From: a virus
Taxonomy: Duplodnaviria > Caudoviricetes
Length of the DNA stretch: 64,000 nt
Strand: one strand, 5' to 3'
Virus record (IMG/VR): IMGVR_UViG_3300030372_002840
Coordinates: 6,831-70,830 of that record
The translations under genes and the position numbers were made by a program. This document shows positions 9,129 to 17,637 of the stretch, piece after piece; the stretch's first letter is position 1; every line of letters starts with the position of its first letter. The notes beneath the pieces are model-generated. The model saw only the letters and a program-made list of their open reading frames with translations, did no database searches and had not been told where the DNA came from.

Positions 9129-10519
9129 GTAACAGCAAACAGGGAAGGTTTATTGGGCTCTATGATTATATATTAAGAGCTACGCCTACTACAAATTATT
9201 ATTTGAAGTGGGATGGAACTAAAGCTGTTTGGGCAGAAGTTTCTGCAGGGTTGTCTTTTCATGGATCTACAGCTGATGGAATATGTACTTATAAAGATGC
9301 TGATGAGATAAGTGTAGAATCTACTTTAACTTATGATGGATCTGCTAGTAATACTTTAACTATAGGATCAAATGATTCTAATACTGCTTCAATAGCTAGA
9401 ACAGATCATTCTGACGGAAATGGTGGTAACTTTGCTATAATATCTGGAGATGCTACTGACGGACAACTTAATATGTCAGGTGGAAATTTATTATTACAAG
9501 GAGGAAAAGGTACTGGAGCAGCGTTTGGTGGAAATATACAGTTTTGGTCAACTAATAGAGGCAGTAGTGGTGTTGCTATAAATACAATAAAACAAATAGC
9601 AGATATTGGATGTACTACTGCTTATACAAGTTTTAAAATATATGAAGCAGCAGGTGCAAGTACTGATGATTATTTTGAAACTAGAGTTGCAGAACATGGA
9701 GCTACAACTTTATTTACAAAAGATAATGCTGCTACGGCCGCACATTTAACTTTAGATGTTGATGGAGATATAGAAATAAATGCTGATGGCGGTACTATAA
9801 CGTTTAAAGATGCTAATGCTTTTTTGGCTAAAATAGATACTGATGGTTTAAGTTTTGTTGACAATACTGGAGCAGGAATTATATTTGAAGGTACTACTGA
9901 TGACGCTTATAATACTACATTAACAGCAGCGGATACTACTAGTTCAAGTAAAACAATAACATTACCAGACGCTACTGGAACAGTGCAGTTACAAGGAGAA
10001 AACACAGGACAGGTAATACATGTTAGTATAAAAGATCCTAACTCGTATTTGTTTTATGCGTATAATGATGATTCTTGGTATAGTGCTGGAAGTGGTACGT
10101 TAGCTATATTAGGAAGCTCTGCAGCACCTAGTGATATATCTAGTGCTAATAGTGAGTACCAAAGTAGAGTAGCTTCTTACACAGCTATAGCTGCGTGCAC
10201 TGTTAAGAAGCTAATATTCACTTTTTATTGGACTTCTAGTGTTGTTAACTCTGCTGATATAGATTTTGCTTTTTCAAAGTTTACACCAATAACAGATGGT
10301 ACAGCAGCAAGTATAACAATGAATGCAATAACAGCGACAGATTGTAATGGTTCTTATACAGAGGTTAAACCTTACTCTAAGACCTTTACATTTTCTGGAG
10401 GTAATGCTACATTAGCTGCTGGAGATTGTTTTGGGTTTCACATGAGAACAACTGGAGGACAAAGTGCGCAAAGGGTTATCCTATATGGAAGCGCGATGTT
10501 ATCTGTAGAATTAACTTAA
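9125..10519 (+). CDS. Tail fibre/spike-like protein
   Basis: 464 aa; GGNLLLQGGKGTGAAFGGNIQF repeat like the one in the 3160 protein, TITLPDATGT fibre motif, beta-sandwich-like C-terminus. Confidence 0.6.
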   Translation: MSNSKQGRFIGLYDYILRATPTTNYYLKWDGTKAVWAEVSAGLSFHGSTADGICTYKDADEISVESTLTYDGSASNTLTIGSNDSNTASIARTDHSDGNGGNFAIISGDATDGQLNMSGGNLLLQGGKGTGAAFGGNIQFWSTNRGSSGVAINTIKQIADIGCTTAYTSFKIYEAAGASTDDYFETRVAEHGATTLFTKDNAATAAHLTLDVDGDIEINADGGTITFKDANAFLAKIDTDGLSFVDNTGAGIIFEGTTDDAYNTTLTAADTTSSSKTITLPDATGTVQLQGENTGQVIHVSIKDPNSYLFYAYNDDSWYSAGSGTLAILGSSAAPSDISSANSEYQSRVASYTAIAACTVKKLIFTFYWTSSVVNSADIDFAFSKFTPITDGTAASITMNAITATDCNGSYTEVKPYSKTFTFSGGNATLAAGDCFGFHMRTTGGQSAQRVILYGSAMLSVELT

Positions 10520-10529
10520 AAATATAATT

Positions 10530-10838
10530 ATGGCATTAGGAAGTAAAACATCAGAAAGAATACACGGAAAAACTGGAGGTGATAAAGCAAAGCTTCAGAC
10601 TAATTATGATGAGGGACATTTAAATACGTTTGTAGATTTAGCAGATCATGGGCAGCCAGAATTTGGAGCTTTAATGCTACAAATAGAAAAAATGCAAGAT
10701 GATATAGACGAATTAAGAAGATATGTGATTAGTAATGAAGTATTAGCAACTCCTGGTGTAGGAGGAGCTTTACCAACAAGGGCTTCAAGAAATAGTGGTG
10801 ATTTGTGGAATGATAGAGGAATAGTAAAAGTAGTATAA
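10530..10838 (+). CDS. Short coiled-coil fibre-like protein
   Basis: Coiled coil LQIEKMQDDIDELRRY followed by LPTRASRNSGDLWNDRGIVKVV, a trimeric fibre-tip-type motif. Confidence 0.45.
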   Translation: MALGSKTSERIHGKTGGDKAKLQTNYDEGHLNTFVDLADHGQPEFGALMLQIEKMQDDIDELRRYVISNEVLATPGVGGALPTRASRNSGDLWNDRGIVKVV

Positions 10839-11179
10839 TGGAAGTATCAGAATTTAAATATGTATCAGTAGGGGAAGGAGCAACAGAAGCTTTGTTTACT
10901 GCATCTATAGATCCTGCAAGTGCAGATCCTAAATTACAAATATATTCATCTACTTTAGAAAGAGTTTTAATATGCAATACAGATAATGAAGATATTACTA
11001 TTACTTTAACAATAACAGATGGAACTAATTCTTTTAATATACTTCAAGGTTGTACAATTCCTACAAGCACTACATTAGATGTTTTAAATGGAGTTCCTTT
11101 TGTATATGATGCAAGATATAGAGTAAATATAACAACAGGTGCTGGACATACTTGTGATGTGCTAGCAAGTAAAAAATAA
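10838..11179 (+). CDS. Small beta-rich putative virion protein
   Basis: 113 aa; VLICNTD...ITITLTITDG...IPTSTTL pattern of small phage beta-sandwich proteins. Confidence 0.45.
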   Translation: MEVSEFKYVSVGEGATEALFTASIDPASADPKLQIYSSTLERVLICNTDNEDITITLTITDGTNSFNILQGCTIPTSTTLDVLNGVPFVYDARYRVNITTGAGHTCDVLASKK

Positions 11180-11184
11180 AAAAA

Positions 11185-11526
11185 ATGGGTAAAGAATTAT
11201 CAGAAGATAGTAAATTTCAAATAAGTATAAAAACATTAGTAGGGATTATAGTTGGTGTAGCTACTGTAATTTCTGCATATTTTGGTTTAATGAGTACTAT
11301 AAATTCTAAATTTGTAGAACTTGAAGATAAAGTTGAACAAGCTTTAGAACTACCTAAACCAGGAACAGGAACCTATATGATCGATATGGGAGATCCTGCA
11401 GCTACACAAACTTGGCCCCCGACAAGAATGGAATTTAACATGAAAGATCAAATGGCTAGGGATAAAATTGATCGTGTAATTAAAGATTTAGAAGAATTAA
11501 AACAAGAATTTAAAACACTTAAATAA
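11185..11526 (+). CDS. Single-TM membrane protein with C-terminal coiled coil
   Basis: TM segment TLVGIIVGVATVISAYFGLM; C-terminal IDRVIKDLEELKQEFKTLK. Confidence 0.55.
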   Translation: MGKELSEDSKFQISIKTLVGIIVGVATVISAYFGLMSTINSKFVELEDKVEQALELPKPGTGTYMIDMGDPAATQTWPPTRMEFNMKDQMARDKIDRVIKDLEELKQEFKTLK

Positions 11527-11527
11527 T

Positions 11528-11908
11528 ATGAAAAAATTTATAACATTTATTGTTTTTTTAATTGTAACGTTTAGTTTTGCACAGGGACAATCATTTTTAG
11601 GAACAGATAATTTTGACAAAGAAACAAGTAGAGGTATTATTGTAGTGGAGTTTTGGGCTAGTTGGAATGACGCTAATTCCCCTGAATGGATTACTAAATT
11701 AAAAGAATGTGAAGTTTATAGAGTTGATATAGGAACACATATGGATCTACAAGCTGAATTTGAAATAACTTCTATACCCACAGTTATTATATTTAATAAT
11801 GGTAATATAGAAGAAACTTTTAATGCAAACATTATGTTTCAATTAGAAGCAGAAAAGAAAGACGTTCAAGCAAAAGTGGACGAAATAATATTAAAACAAT
11901 TTAATTAA
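11528..11908 (+). CDS. Exported thioredoxin-fold protein lacking CxxC
   Basis: Signal peptide ...FSFA|QGQ; VVEFWASWNDAN in place of WCxxC; cis-Pro loop SIPTVIIFNNG retained. Confidence 0.75.
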   Translation: MKKFITFIVFLIVTFSFAQGQSFLGTDNFDKETSRGIIVVEFWASWNDANSPEWITKLKECEVYRVDIGTHMDLQAEFEITSIPTVIIFNNGNIEETFNANIMFQLEAEKKDVQAKVDEIILKQFN

Positions 11909-11919
11909 AAAGAAAAGAT

Positions 11920-12309
11920 ATGGCAACATTAACACCAACACTTACATTAGTAAGTACCGATGCTCTTACTGACTCTTTAAATTTATCTTCAACAGATAGT
12001 TTATCAGTACTAGGAAAATCAAAACGATTTACACATGTATGTTCTGCTACTAAGGCTAATTTATTATTAGCGGCAGATTATACTAAATCATATGTATATT
12101 TAAAAAACAACGACGCTGCTATTGTAATACATATTGGTATGGATACACAAGCAGATGATAGTATAGATGATGATGCTACAGACTTGTTTATAGAATTAGC
12201 AGCTGGAGAGTTTGCATTTTTTCCTTGGTCTTCAACATATAATTTACATGTTGATGCGGCTTCAGGAACACCTACATTAGAGGTAATGATATTTCAAGCA
12301 GCAGCATAA
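11920..12309 (+). CDS. Putative virion protein, paralog A
   Basis: MATLTPTLTLVSTDALTDSL...YVYLKN...GEFAFF; paralogous to the next gene. Confidence 0.55.
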   Translation: MATLTPTLTLVSTDALTDSLNLSSTDSLSVLGKSKRFTHVCSATKANLLLAADYTKSYVYLKNNDAAIVIHIGMDTQADDSIDDDATDLFIELAAGEFAFFPWSSTYNLHVDAASGTPTLEVMIFQAAA

Positions 12310-12341
12310 TAGAATAATAATAATAATAAAATAATAATAAT

Positions 12342-12704
12342 ATGGCGACATTAACACCTACGTTAACTCTGACTAGTACAAATGCTTTGTCAGATAGTTT
12401 AGACGTAACATTTACAGACAGCTTAACAGTAGTAGATCCTTGTGAAATAGCTAAGGTAACAGTACCAGAAGATTCAGATACTACATTAATAGCAGCAGGA
12501 GGATCAGTAGCTCACTATGTATACATTAAAAATCATGATACTGTTAATTTTGTAAGAGTAGAAGATGGTGGAGGAACTAATATATTTGCACGAGTTCATC
12601 CTGGAGAGTTTTGTTTCTTTGCAGAAGCTGTGGGGGAAGGAGTAATAATAGTAGCAGATACGGCTGATTGTATAGTAGAATACGGAGTATTTACTAAAGG
12701 GTAA
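12342..12704 (+). CDS. Putative virion protein, paralog B
   Basis: MATLTPTLTLTSTNALSDSL...YVYIKN...GEFCFF. Confidence 0.55.
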   Translation: MATLTPTLTLTSTNALSDSLDVTFTDSLTVVDPCEIAKVTVPEDSDTTLIAAGGSVAHYVYIKNHDTVNFVRVEDGGGTNIFARVHPGEFCFFAEAVGEGVIIVADTADCIVEYGVFTKG

Positions 12705-12707
12705 TAT

Positions 12708-13202
12708 ATGCAACTTGAAGTTCTTAGAGTATCTAGTGGTGCTGATAGCACTAATGGATTACTATTTCTTTTAGAGAATCATTGTAATGAGACAGACGGA
12801 TCATGGGTTGAAAGAACATTTTTATGCTACACTTTAGAAGATGAATATAGAGAAGATAAAATAAATGGAGAAACAAGAATACCAAAAGGTACCTATAAAT
12901 TGGGGTTTAGGAAAGTTGGTGGGTATACCCAAAGGTATGCTAAAAAATTTCCTGATATTCATAAAGGTATGTTGCATGTTCTTGATGTTCCTGGTTTTGA
13001 GTATATCCTTATTCATTGTGGTAACACTGATGAGCATACTGCAGGTTGTCTTCTTGTCGGAGACTCACAAGAAAACAATCAAATCAAGAAGGACGGTTTT
13101 ATAGGAAGATCTACACAGGCGTATACTAGAATATATCCAAAAATAGCAGAAGCTCTTGAAAAAGGAGATGATGTTACTATAACTTATAAAGATATGGCTT
13201 AA
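12708..13202 (+). CDS. DUF5675-family protein (YkuD/L,D-transpeptidase-like fold; endolysin candidate)
   Basis: STNGLL, CYTLED, ETRIPKGTY, ILIHCGNT...TAGCLLVG (HxGN...GC catalytic pattern). Confidence 0.75.
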   Translation: MQLEVLRVSSGADSTNGLLFLLENHCNETDGSWVERTFLCYTLEDEYREDKINGETRIPKGTYKLGFRKVGGYTQRYAKKFPDIHKGMLHVLDVPGFEYILIHCGNTDEHTAGCLLVGDSQENNQIKKDGFIGRSTQAYTRIYPKIAEALEKGDDVTITYKDMA

Positions 13203-14242
13203 TGAATTATAATGATTCTATAATAATAGGAACACTAAAAAAGTACTATGGGCATCATTTTGATAAAATGTTTGGCCCATGGCGCCTTTATGCTTCTGCT
13301 TATATAGATGCTAATAAATTTAGATATATTTCTACTAATTTAGCACCTGCTTATGATAATATTCCTTTTTTAAATACAGCTAGCGGAAACGTTACTTGGA
13401 CTCCAGGAAAATTAACAATAGTGTCAAGTTCTGCAGAGGATAAAAATACTGACACTGCTGCTGGAGCAAGTAGTATTTTTATATCAGGAGTAGATGAAAA
13501 ATATAGAAAAAGGCAAGAAATTGTAAATCTAAGTGGAAGTAGTACTGTAAATACTTCATATACATATAGATTTTTAAATTCTGCATATGTATATAGAAGT
13601 GGAAATAAAGGAAGTGTAAATAATCTTAATGTGGGTAATATTGATATTTCAACAGGAACTACTCTAGCTTCAAATAGTTTAACTGTTCCTTGGGTTACAA
13701 TACTTAGAGGAGAAGGAAATGCTTCTATGGCAGGGTATGCTTTAGATAGATATGAATCGGTTTATATAACTAAAATTAAACTAAATGCTACTGGAAATGT
13801 TTCTGGGCAATTTAGTATGTGGCTTACTGATAGAGATGCAATATCTGGTGTGGATATGGTAGAAATGCCATATAGAGCTGTAACGTCTACATTTAATACT
13901 ATATCTGGACAAGGAGAAATTATTTTTGAGGAGCCTTATTATATTAAAGATAAAACAATATTTTTTACTGTAGATAAATTAACAAGTAAAAGTTTAATAA
14001 GTATTGAAGCTTGCGGTTTATATAGTAAAGGAGAAGAAGTATATGAAAGAGGTGGTGCTGCAATAACTAATAGGAAAAGAACTGGTGTTCGTGGGTATGT
14101 ACCGACAGATAGAGATGATTATGGTAATGTAATTATAGAAGAAAGTAAAGAAAAATGGCTAACAAAAAATGCAAAGTTAGCTATTAAACATGATACGTTT
14201 TATACTATGACTAAACGTAATAGTAAACGACAAAAAATGTAG
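13202..14242 (+). CDS. Hypothetical, probably structural protein
   Basis: 346 aa; LTIVSSSAED...GASSIFISGVD...EIVNLSG segment typical of marine phage virion proteins; ends in TAG. Confidence 0.4.
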   Translation: MNYNDSIIIGTLKKYYGHHFDKMFGPWRLYASAYIDANKFRYISTNLAPAYDNIPFLNTASGNVTWTPGKLTIVSSSAEDKNTDTAAGASSIFISGVDEKYRKRQEIVNLSGSSTVNTSYTYRFLNSAYVYRSGNKGSVNNLNVGNIDISTGTTLASNSLTVPWVTILRGEGNASMAGYALDRYESVYITKIKLNATGNVSGQFSMWLTDRDAISGVDMVEMPYRAVTSTFNTISGQGEIIFEEPYYIKDKTIFFTVDKLTSKSLISIEACGLYSKGEEVYERGGAAITNRKRTGVRGYVPTDRDDYGNVIIEESKEKWLTKNAKLAIKHDTFYTMTKRNSKRQKM

Positions 14243-14243
14243 T

Positions 14244-14618
14244 ATGATAAAAGGAATAATTAAAAGTTTAGTTGGTAATGCTAGTGAAATACTAGATGAA
14301 GTAATAACAACTGACGAAGAAAGACTTGATGCTAAAAGAAGATTAAAGGAATTAATACTTAATCATCAAGTAGAAATGGAAAGAAATATTAGCGATCGTT
14401 GGAAAGCTGATATGAATTCTGACTCTTGGTTATCCAAGAATGTAAGACCAATGGTGTTAATATTTTTGATAGTTTGCACAATGTTGCTTATCTTTGTAGA
14501 CGCCGGGTTTCTATCTTTTACGGTAGAAGACAAATGGACGGACTTATTACAGTTAACACTGATCACTGTAATAGGTGCGTATTTTGGAGGAAGATCAGTT
14601 GAAAAGTTTAAAAAATAA
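14244..14618 (+). CDS. Holin (GTA-holin 3TM-like family)
   Basis: WKADMNSDSWLSKNVRP signature followed by two hydrophobic segments and YFGGRSVEK. Confidence 0.7.
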   Translation: MIKGIIKSLVGNASEILDEVITTDEERLDAKRRLKELILNHQVEMERNISDRWKADMNSDSWLSKNVRPMVLIFLIVCTMLLIFVDAGFLSFTVEDKWTDLLQLTLITVIGAYFGGRSVEKFKK

Positions 14619-14622
14619 TTAT

Positions 14623-14853
14623 ATGTACGGTAAAAAAATGATGAAAAAAGGAGGCAAGAAGTTTCCTGACTTAACAGGCGATGGTAAAGTAACTAGAGCA
14701 GATGTGTTAAAAGGTAGAGGCGTATTTAAACACGGAGGTATGCATGGAACTATAGGGGCGAAGCCACGCGGAAGTATGATGAAAGCAGGATCTAAAGATC
14801 AAGGATGGGAAGATGCAGTAAAAAGAGCTAAATCTGCAAAAAAACCTAAATAA
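14623..14853 (+). CDS. Small basic protein with EF-hand-like loop
   Basis: Start reassigned to ATG 14623, 4 nt after the holin stop; K-rich, with FPDLTGDGKVTRADVLKGRG and KKGG/FKHGG motifs. Confidence 0.6.
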   Translation: MYGKKMMKKGGKKFPDLTGDGKVTRADVLKGRGVFKHGGMHGTIGAKPRGSMMKAGSKDQGWEDAVKRAKSAKKPK

Positions 14854-14874
14854 ATATTAACCAATTTATATAAA

Positions 14875-16002
14875 ATGACTAAAGACCAAGTTAAGGCTTT
14901 CCTTTCTGAAAAGCCTGGTTACCTTAAAGAAGGAGCCGAACGTTTATCAGAAAAATTAAACTGTAGTGTTGAAACTTGTAAGCATGCTTTAAAAGAAGCA
15001 AGAATAGAAGCAAGAGAAGGCAATACAAATGAGAATGAAAGTGTTATCACTGAATTTCAAACGTTCCTTGACAAAAATGAAATTGCACCTGAAGATGTAA
15101 AGTCTGTTAAATTTTGGCAGACAATGTCTGGTGATCAAAGATTTTCTGTAGTAACAAAAGGAGATGAGGCTAGTAAACATGAGCTTAAAAAAGAAATAGA
15201 AGATTTTGCAGCTCAATACAGTCCTAAAGTATCTAAGATTAAAACTAAGAAACTTACAGACCCTTGCGTATACGAAATATCTTTACCAGATATACATTAT
15301 GGTAAACGAACTGAAGAAACTTTACAAGACCTAGAAGCTAATTTTATGTCTTGTATAGAAGATCTAGTTGAAAAAGCATCAGGACTTGATATAGAAAAAT
15401 TCTTATTACCTATTGGTAATGATGGAATGAATTCTGAAGGTATGCGGAGATCTACTACAAAAGGTACTCCACAAGATGATGTAGCTGACTGGAAAGATAC
15501 TTTTAGAGGTTACTGGCAATTAATGGTAAGGGCTATAGATCATTTAAAAGAAATAGCACCTGTACATGTAATTGTAGTATCTGGTAACCATGACTTTGAA
15601 AGAATGTTCTATGCAGGAGATGTAATATCAGGCTGGTATAAAAATGACAAAAATGTATCAGTAGATAATAGTCTAGAGCAAAGAAAGTATTTTGAGTACG
15701 GAAATAATATGATAATGTTTACCCATGGAGATAAAGAGAAACCTGCTGAAATGCCGCTTATAATGGCAACTGAGCAGCCTCTTATGTTTGCTAGGTGTAA
15801 TTTTAGAGAAGCACACTGTGGTCATTTACATAAAGAAATGGTAAATGAATATAGAGGAATAAAGGTAAGATTTTTACCTTCTATATGCTCTAACGACAGT
15901 TGGCACAAAGGTATGGGCTATGAAGCTAAAAGAACAGCACAAGCACATATCTGGAGTAAGGAGCGAGGTTATGAAGGTTACTTACAAACAAATGTTAAAT
16001 AA
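14875..16002 (+). CDS. Calcineurin-like metallophosphoesterase
   Basis: LPDIHYG, IGNDGMN, SGNHD, FTHGD, HCGHLH motifs; short helical N-terminal extension. Confidence 0.85.
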   Translation: MTKDQVKAFLSEKPGYLKEGAERLSEKLNCSVETCKHALKEARIEAREGNTNENESVITEFQTFLDKNEIAPEDVKSVKFWQTMSGDQRFSVVTKGDEASKHELKKEIEDFAAQYSPKVSKIKTKKLTDPCVYEISLPDIHYGKRTEETLQDLEANFMSCIEDLVEKASGLDIEKFLLPIGNDGMNSEGMRRSTTKGTPQDDVADWKDTFRGYWQLMVRAIDHLKEIAPVHVIVVSGNHDFERMFYAGDVISGWYKNDKNVSVDNSLEQRKYFEYGNNMIMFTHGDKEKPAEMPLIMATEQPLMFARCNFREAHCGHLHKEMVNEYRGIKVRFLPSICSNDSWHKGMGYEAKRTAQAHIWSKERGYEGYLQTNVK

Positions 16003-16004
16003 AT

Positions 16005-16721
16005 ATGACTTTAAATGAAATTGCACATAATATATTAAATTTACTGCGAGGTGGACGACCTAGTCAAAGTGAGCATATTACTTTGGAACAAATTAAGTTT
16101 AATGTAATACATTATAGAGCCATGCTAATCCGAAGGGATTATGCAAGGAATGGTATAATTACAAGACATCTAGAACAAGATTTAGGATGTTTAGAACTAG
16201 AAGATATAAATGCTTCTAAATGTTGTAATTTACCTGTGTCTTGTTCTGTATCTAAAACTAAACTTAAAATACCTAGAACGGTTAGATTTAATTTTCAAGA
16301 AGCAATTACATATGTAGGAGACGTAACAGGATTAAATACTATACCTTTAATAGACAGTCATATGATTAAATATTTGCCTTATGATAAACATACAGCAAAT
16401 AGGTATAAAGCATATATGATTGAGGATTATTTGTATGTATATAATGCAAATGGGCTACAGTTTATTAATGTAAGAGGTATATTTGAAGATCCTATGGATT
16501 TAACACATTTTGATTGTGTAGATGGCCAATGTTATGATGGTAAAAGCCCTTTCCCTATGCCAGCAGATATGATACAAGCTATAACATTAGGAATGGCTGC
16601 TGGAGAGTTACAGTTATTGTCTGGAACATTTAGTGATACTACAACTGATACAATGCAAGATCCTAAAACTAAAAGTGGTTCAGGAAAAGCTCAACAACCT
16701 CAACAAGCTCAACAACAATAA
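16005..16721 (+). CDS. crAss-like tail/neck ring protein
   Basis: MTLNEIAHNILNLLRGG, YLYVYN...INVRGIFEDP, FPMPADM pattern and position upstream of the IHF-like and tail-tube genes. Confidence 0.65.
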   Translation: MTLNEIAHNILNLLRGGRPSQSEHITLEQIKFNVIHYRAMLIRRDYARNGIITRHLEQDLGCLELEDINASKCCNLPVSCSVSKTKLKIPRTVRFNFQEAITYVGDVTGLNTIPLIDSHMIKYLPYDKHTANRYKAYMIEDYLYVYNANGLQFINVRGIFEDPMDLTHFDCVDGQCYDGKSPFPMPADMIQAITLGMAAGELQLLSGTFSDTTTDTMQDPKTKSGSGKAQQPQQAQQQ

Positions 16722-17194
16722 TGTATAATATTAATAATATTTATAATAATTATACTAAGGAGTATAATGATTCTGTAGATAAAAATACATTTAAGAAAAT
16801 TTGTGAAGAGTTTAATATTGAAATTATTGAATCAATATTAGAAGGAGAAACATTTGATATGGGAAATAATTTATCAACTTTATCTGTACGAAGAGTTGAT
16901 AGAGACCCAAGAACACCAAGAGTAGATTGGGGAGAATCTATAAAGTATAGAAAAGAATTAGAATCTAGTGGAGTAGATTTATATAATTCTTCTACAGGAA
17001 AAGGAGAAAAATGGTATATATATTATACTGATAAATTTTATTGCAAATATTATTGGAAAAAAGGTAAATGCCGTATTCCAAATAAATCAGTATATAGATT
17101 CACACCTACAAGAGGACTAAAAGGAAATAAAGAAAAATTGATAAACATACTAAAAACCGACGATTTAGCATATTTAAAATTTAAGAAACAGTAA
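16721..17194 (+). CDS. crAss-like IHF/HU-like protein
   Basis: FKKICEEFN..IIESILEG..FDMG..LSTLSV, VDWGES, WYIYYTD, YRFTPTR; conserved position in the crAss tail module. Confidence 0.65.
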   Translation: MYNINNIYNNYTKEYNDSVDKNTFKKICEEFNIEIIESILEGETFDMGNNLSTLSVRRVDRDPRTPRVDWGESIKYRKELESSGVDLYNSSTGKGEKWYIYYTDKFYCKYYWKKGKCRIPNKSVYRFTPTRGLKGNKEKLINILKTDDLAYLKFKKQ

Positions 17195-17195
17195 A

Positions 17196-17633
17196 ATGGC
17201 AAGTAAATATCACATAACAAAAGACGGTCGTAGAGCAAGAAAAGGTTTGTATTATTATATGAACAGAGCTAAAAAAAGAGGAACTTCTAAATCAGGTAAA
17301 GGAACTGTAACAGATAAAGCATTAAAAGATTCTGCTAAAACTGCAAAGAAAAGGTACGGGGGGTGTGCAGATTGTATGAGGTCTGGAGGATTAAAAAGTC
17401 CTGCATGGCAAAGAAAAGAAGGTAAAAGTCCTAGCGGCGGATTAAATGCAAAAGGACGTGCATCTTTAAAAGCTCAAGGACAAAACATAAAACCACCACA
17501 ACCAGAAGGAGGCTCAAGAAAAAAATCTTTTTGTGCTAGAATGCAAGGTATGAAAAGAAAACTTACAGGTAAAAAGAAAGCAAACGATCCTAATTCAAGA
17601 ATAAATAAATCACTGAGAAAGTGGAAATGTTAA
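17196..17633 (+). CDS. Small very basic protein (widespread marine phage family)
   Basis: K/R-rich; KSPAWQRKEGKSPSGGLNAKGRAS...KKSFCARM...NSRINKSLRKWKC. Confidence 0.55.
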   Translation: MASKYHITKDGRRARKGLYYYMNRAKKRGTSKSGKGTVTDKALKDSAKTAKKRYGGCADCMRSGGLKSPAWQRKEGKSPSGGLNAKGRASLKAQGQNIKPPQPEGGSRKKSFCARMQGMKRKLTGKKKANDPNSRINKSLRKWKC

Positions 17634-17637
17634 AACT

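Noticed and set aside
12310-12341. (AAT)n microsatellite as a phase-variation tract
   Set aside because: It is short, intergenic and compatible with an ordinary A-rich Bacteroidota leader; a 3-nt unit outside a CDS would not switch frames.
12865-13104. Hydrophobic alternative-frame ORF inside the DUF5675 gene (embedded Rz1-like lysis gene?)
   Set aside because: No lipobox or signal peptide; shifted frames of AT-rich genes are hydrophobic by default. The same applies to 6759-6950 inside the barrel gene.
14575-14622. Upstream start of the small basic protein given in the track
   Set aside because: It overlaps the holin by 44 nt; ATG 14623 right after the holin stop fits the operon packing better.
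14665-14703. Dockerin/cellulosome interpretation of DLTGDGKVTRAD
   Set aside because: It is a single loop in a cytoplasmic basic protein, without the duplicated dockerin segment.
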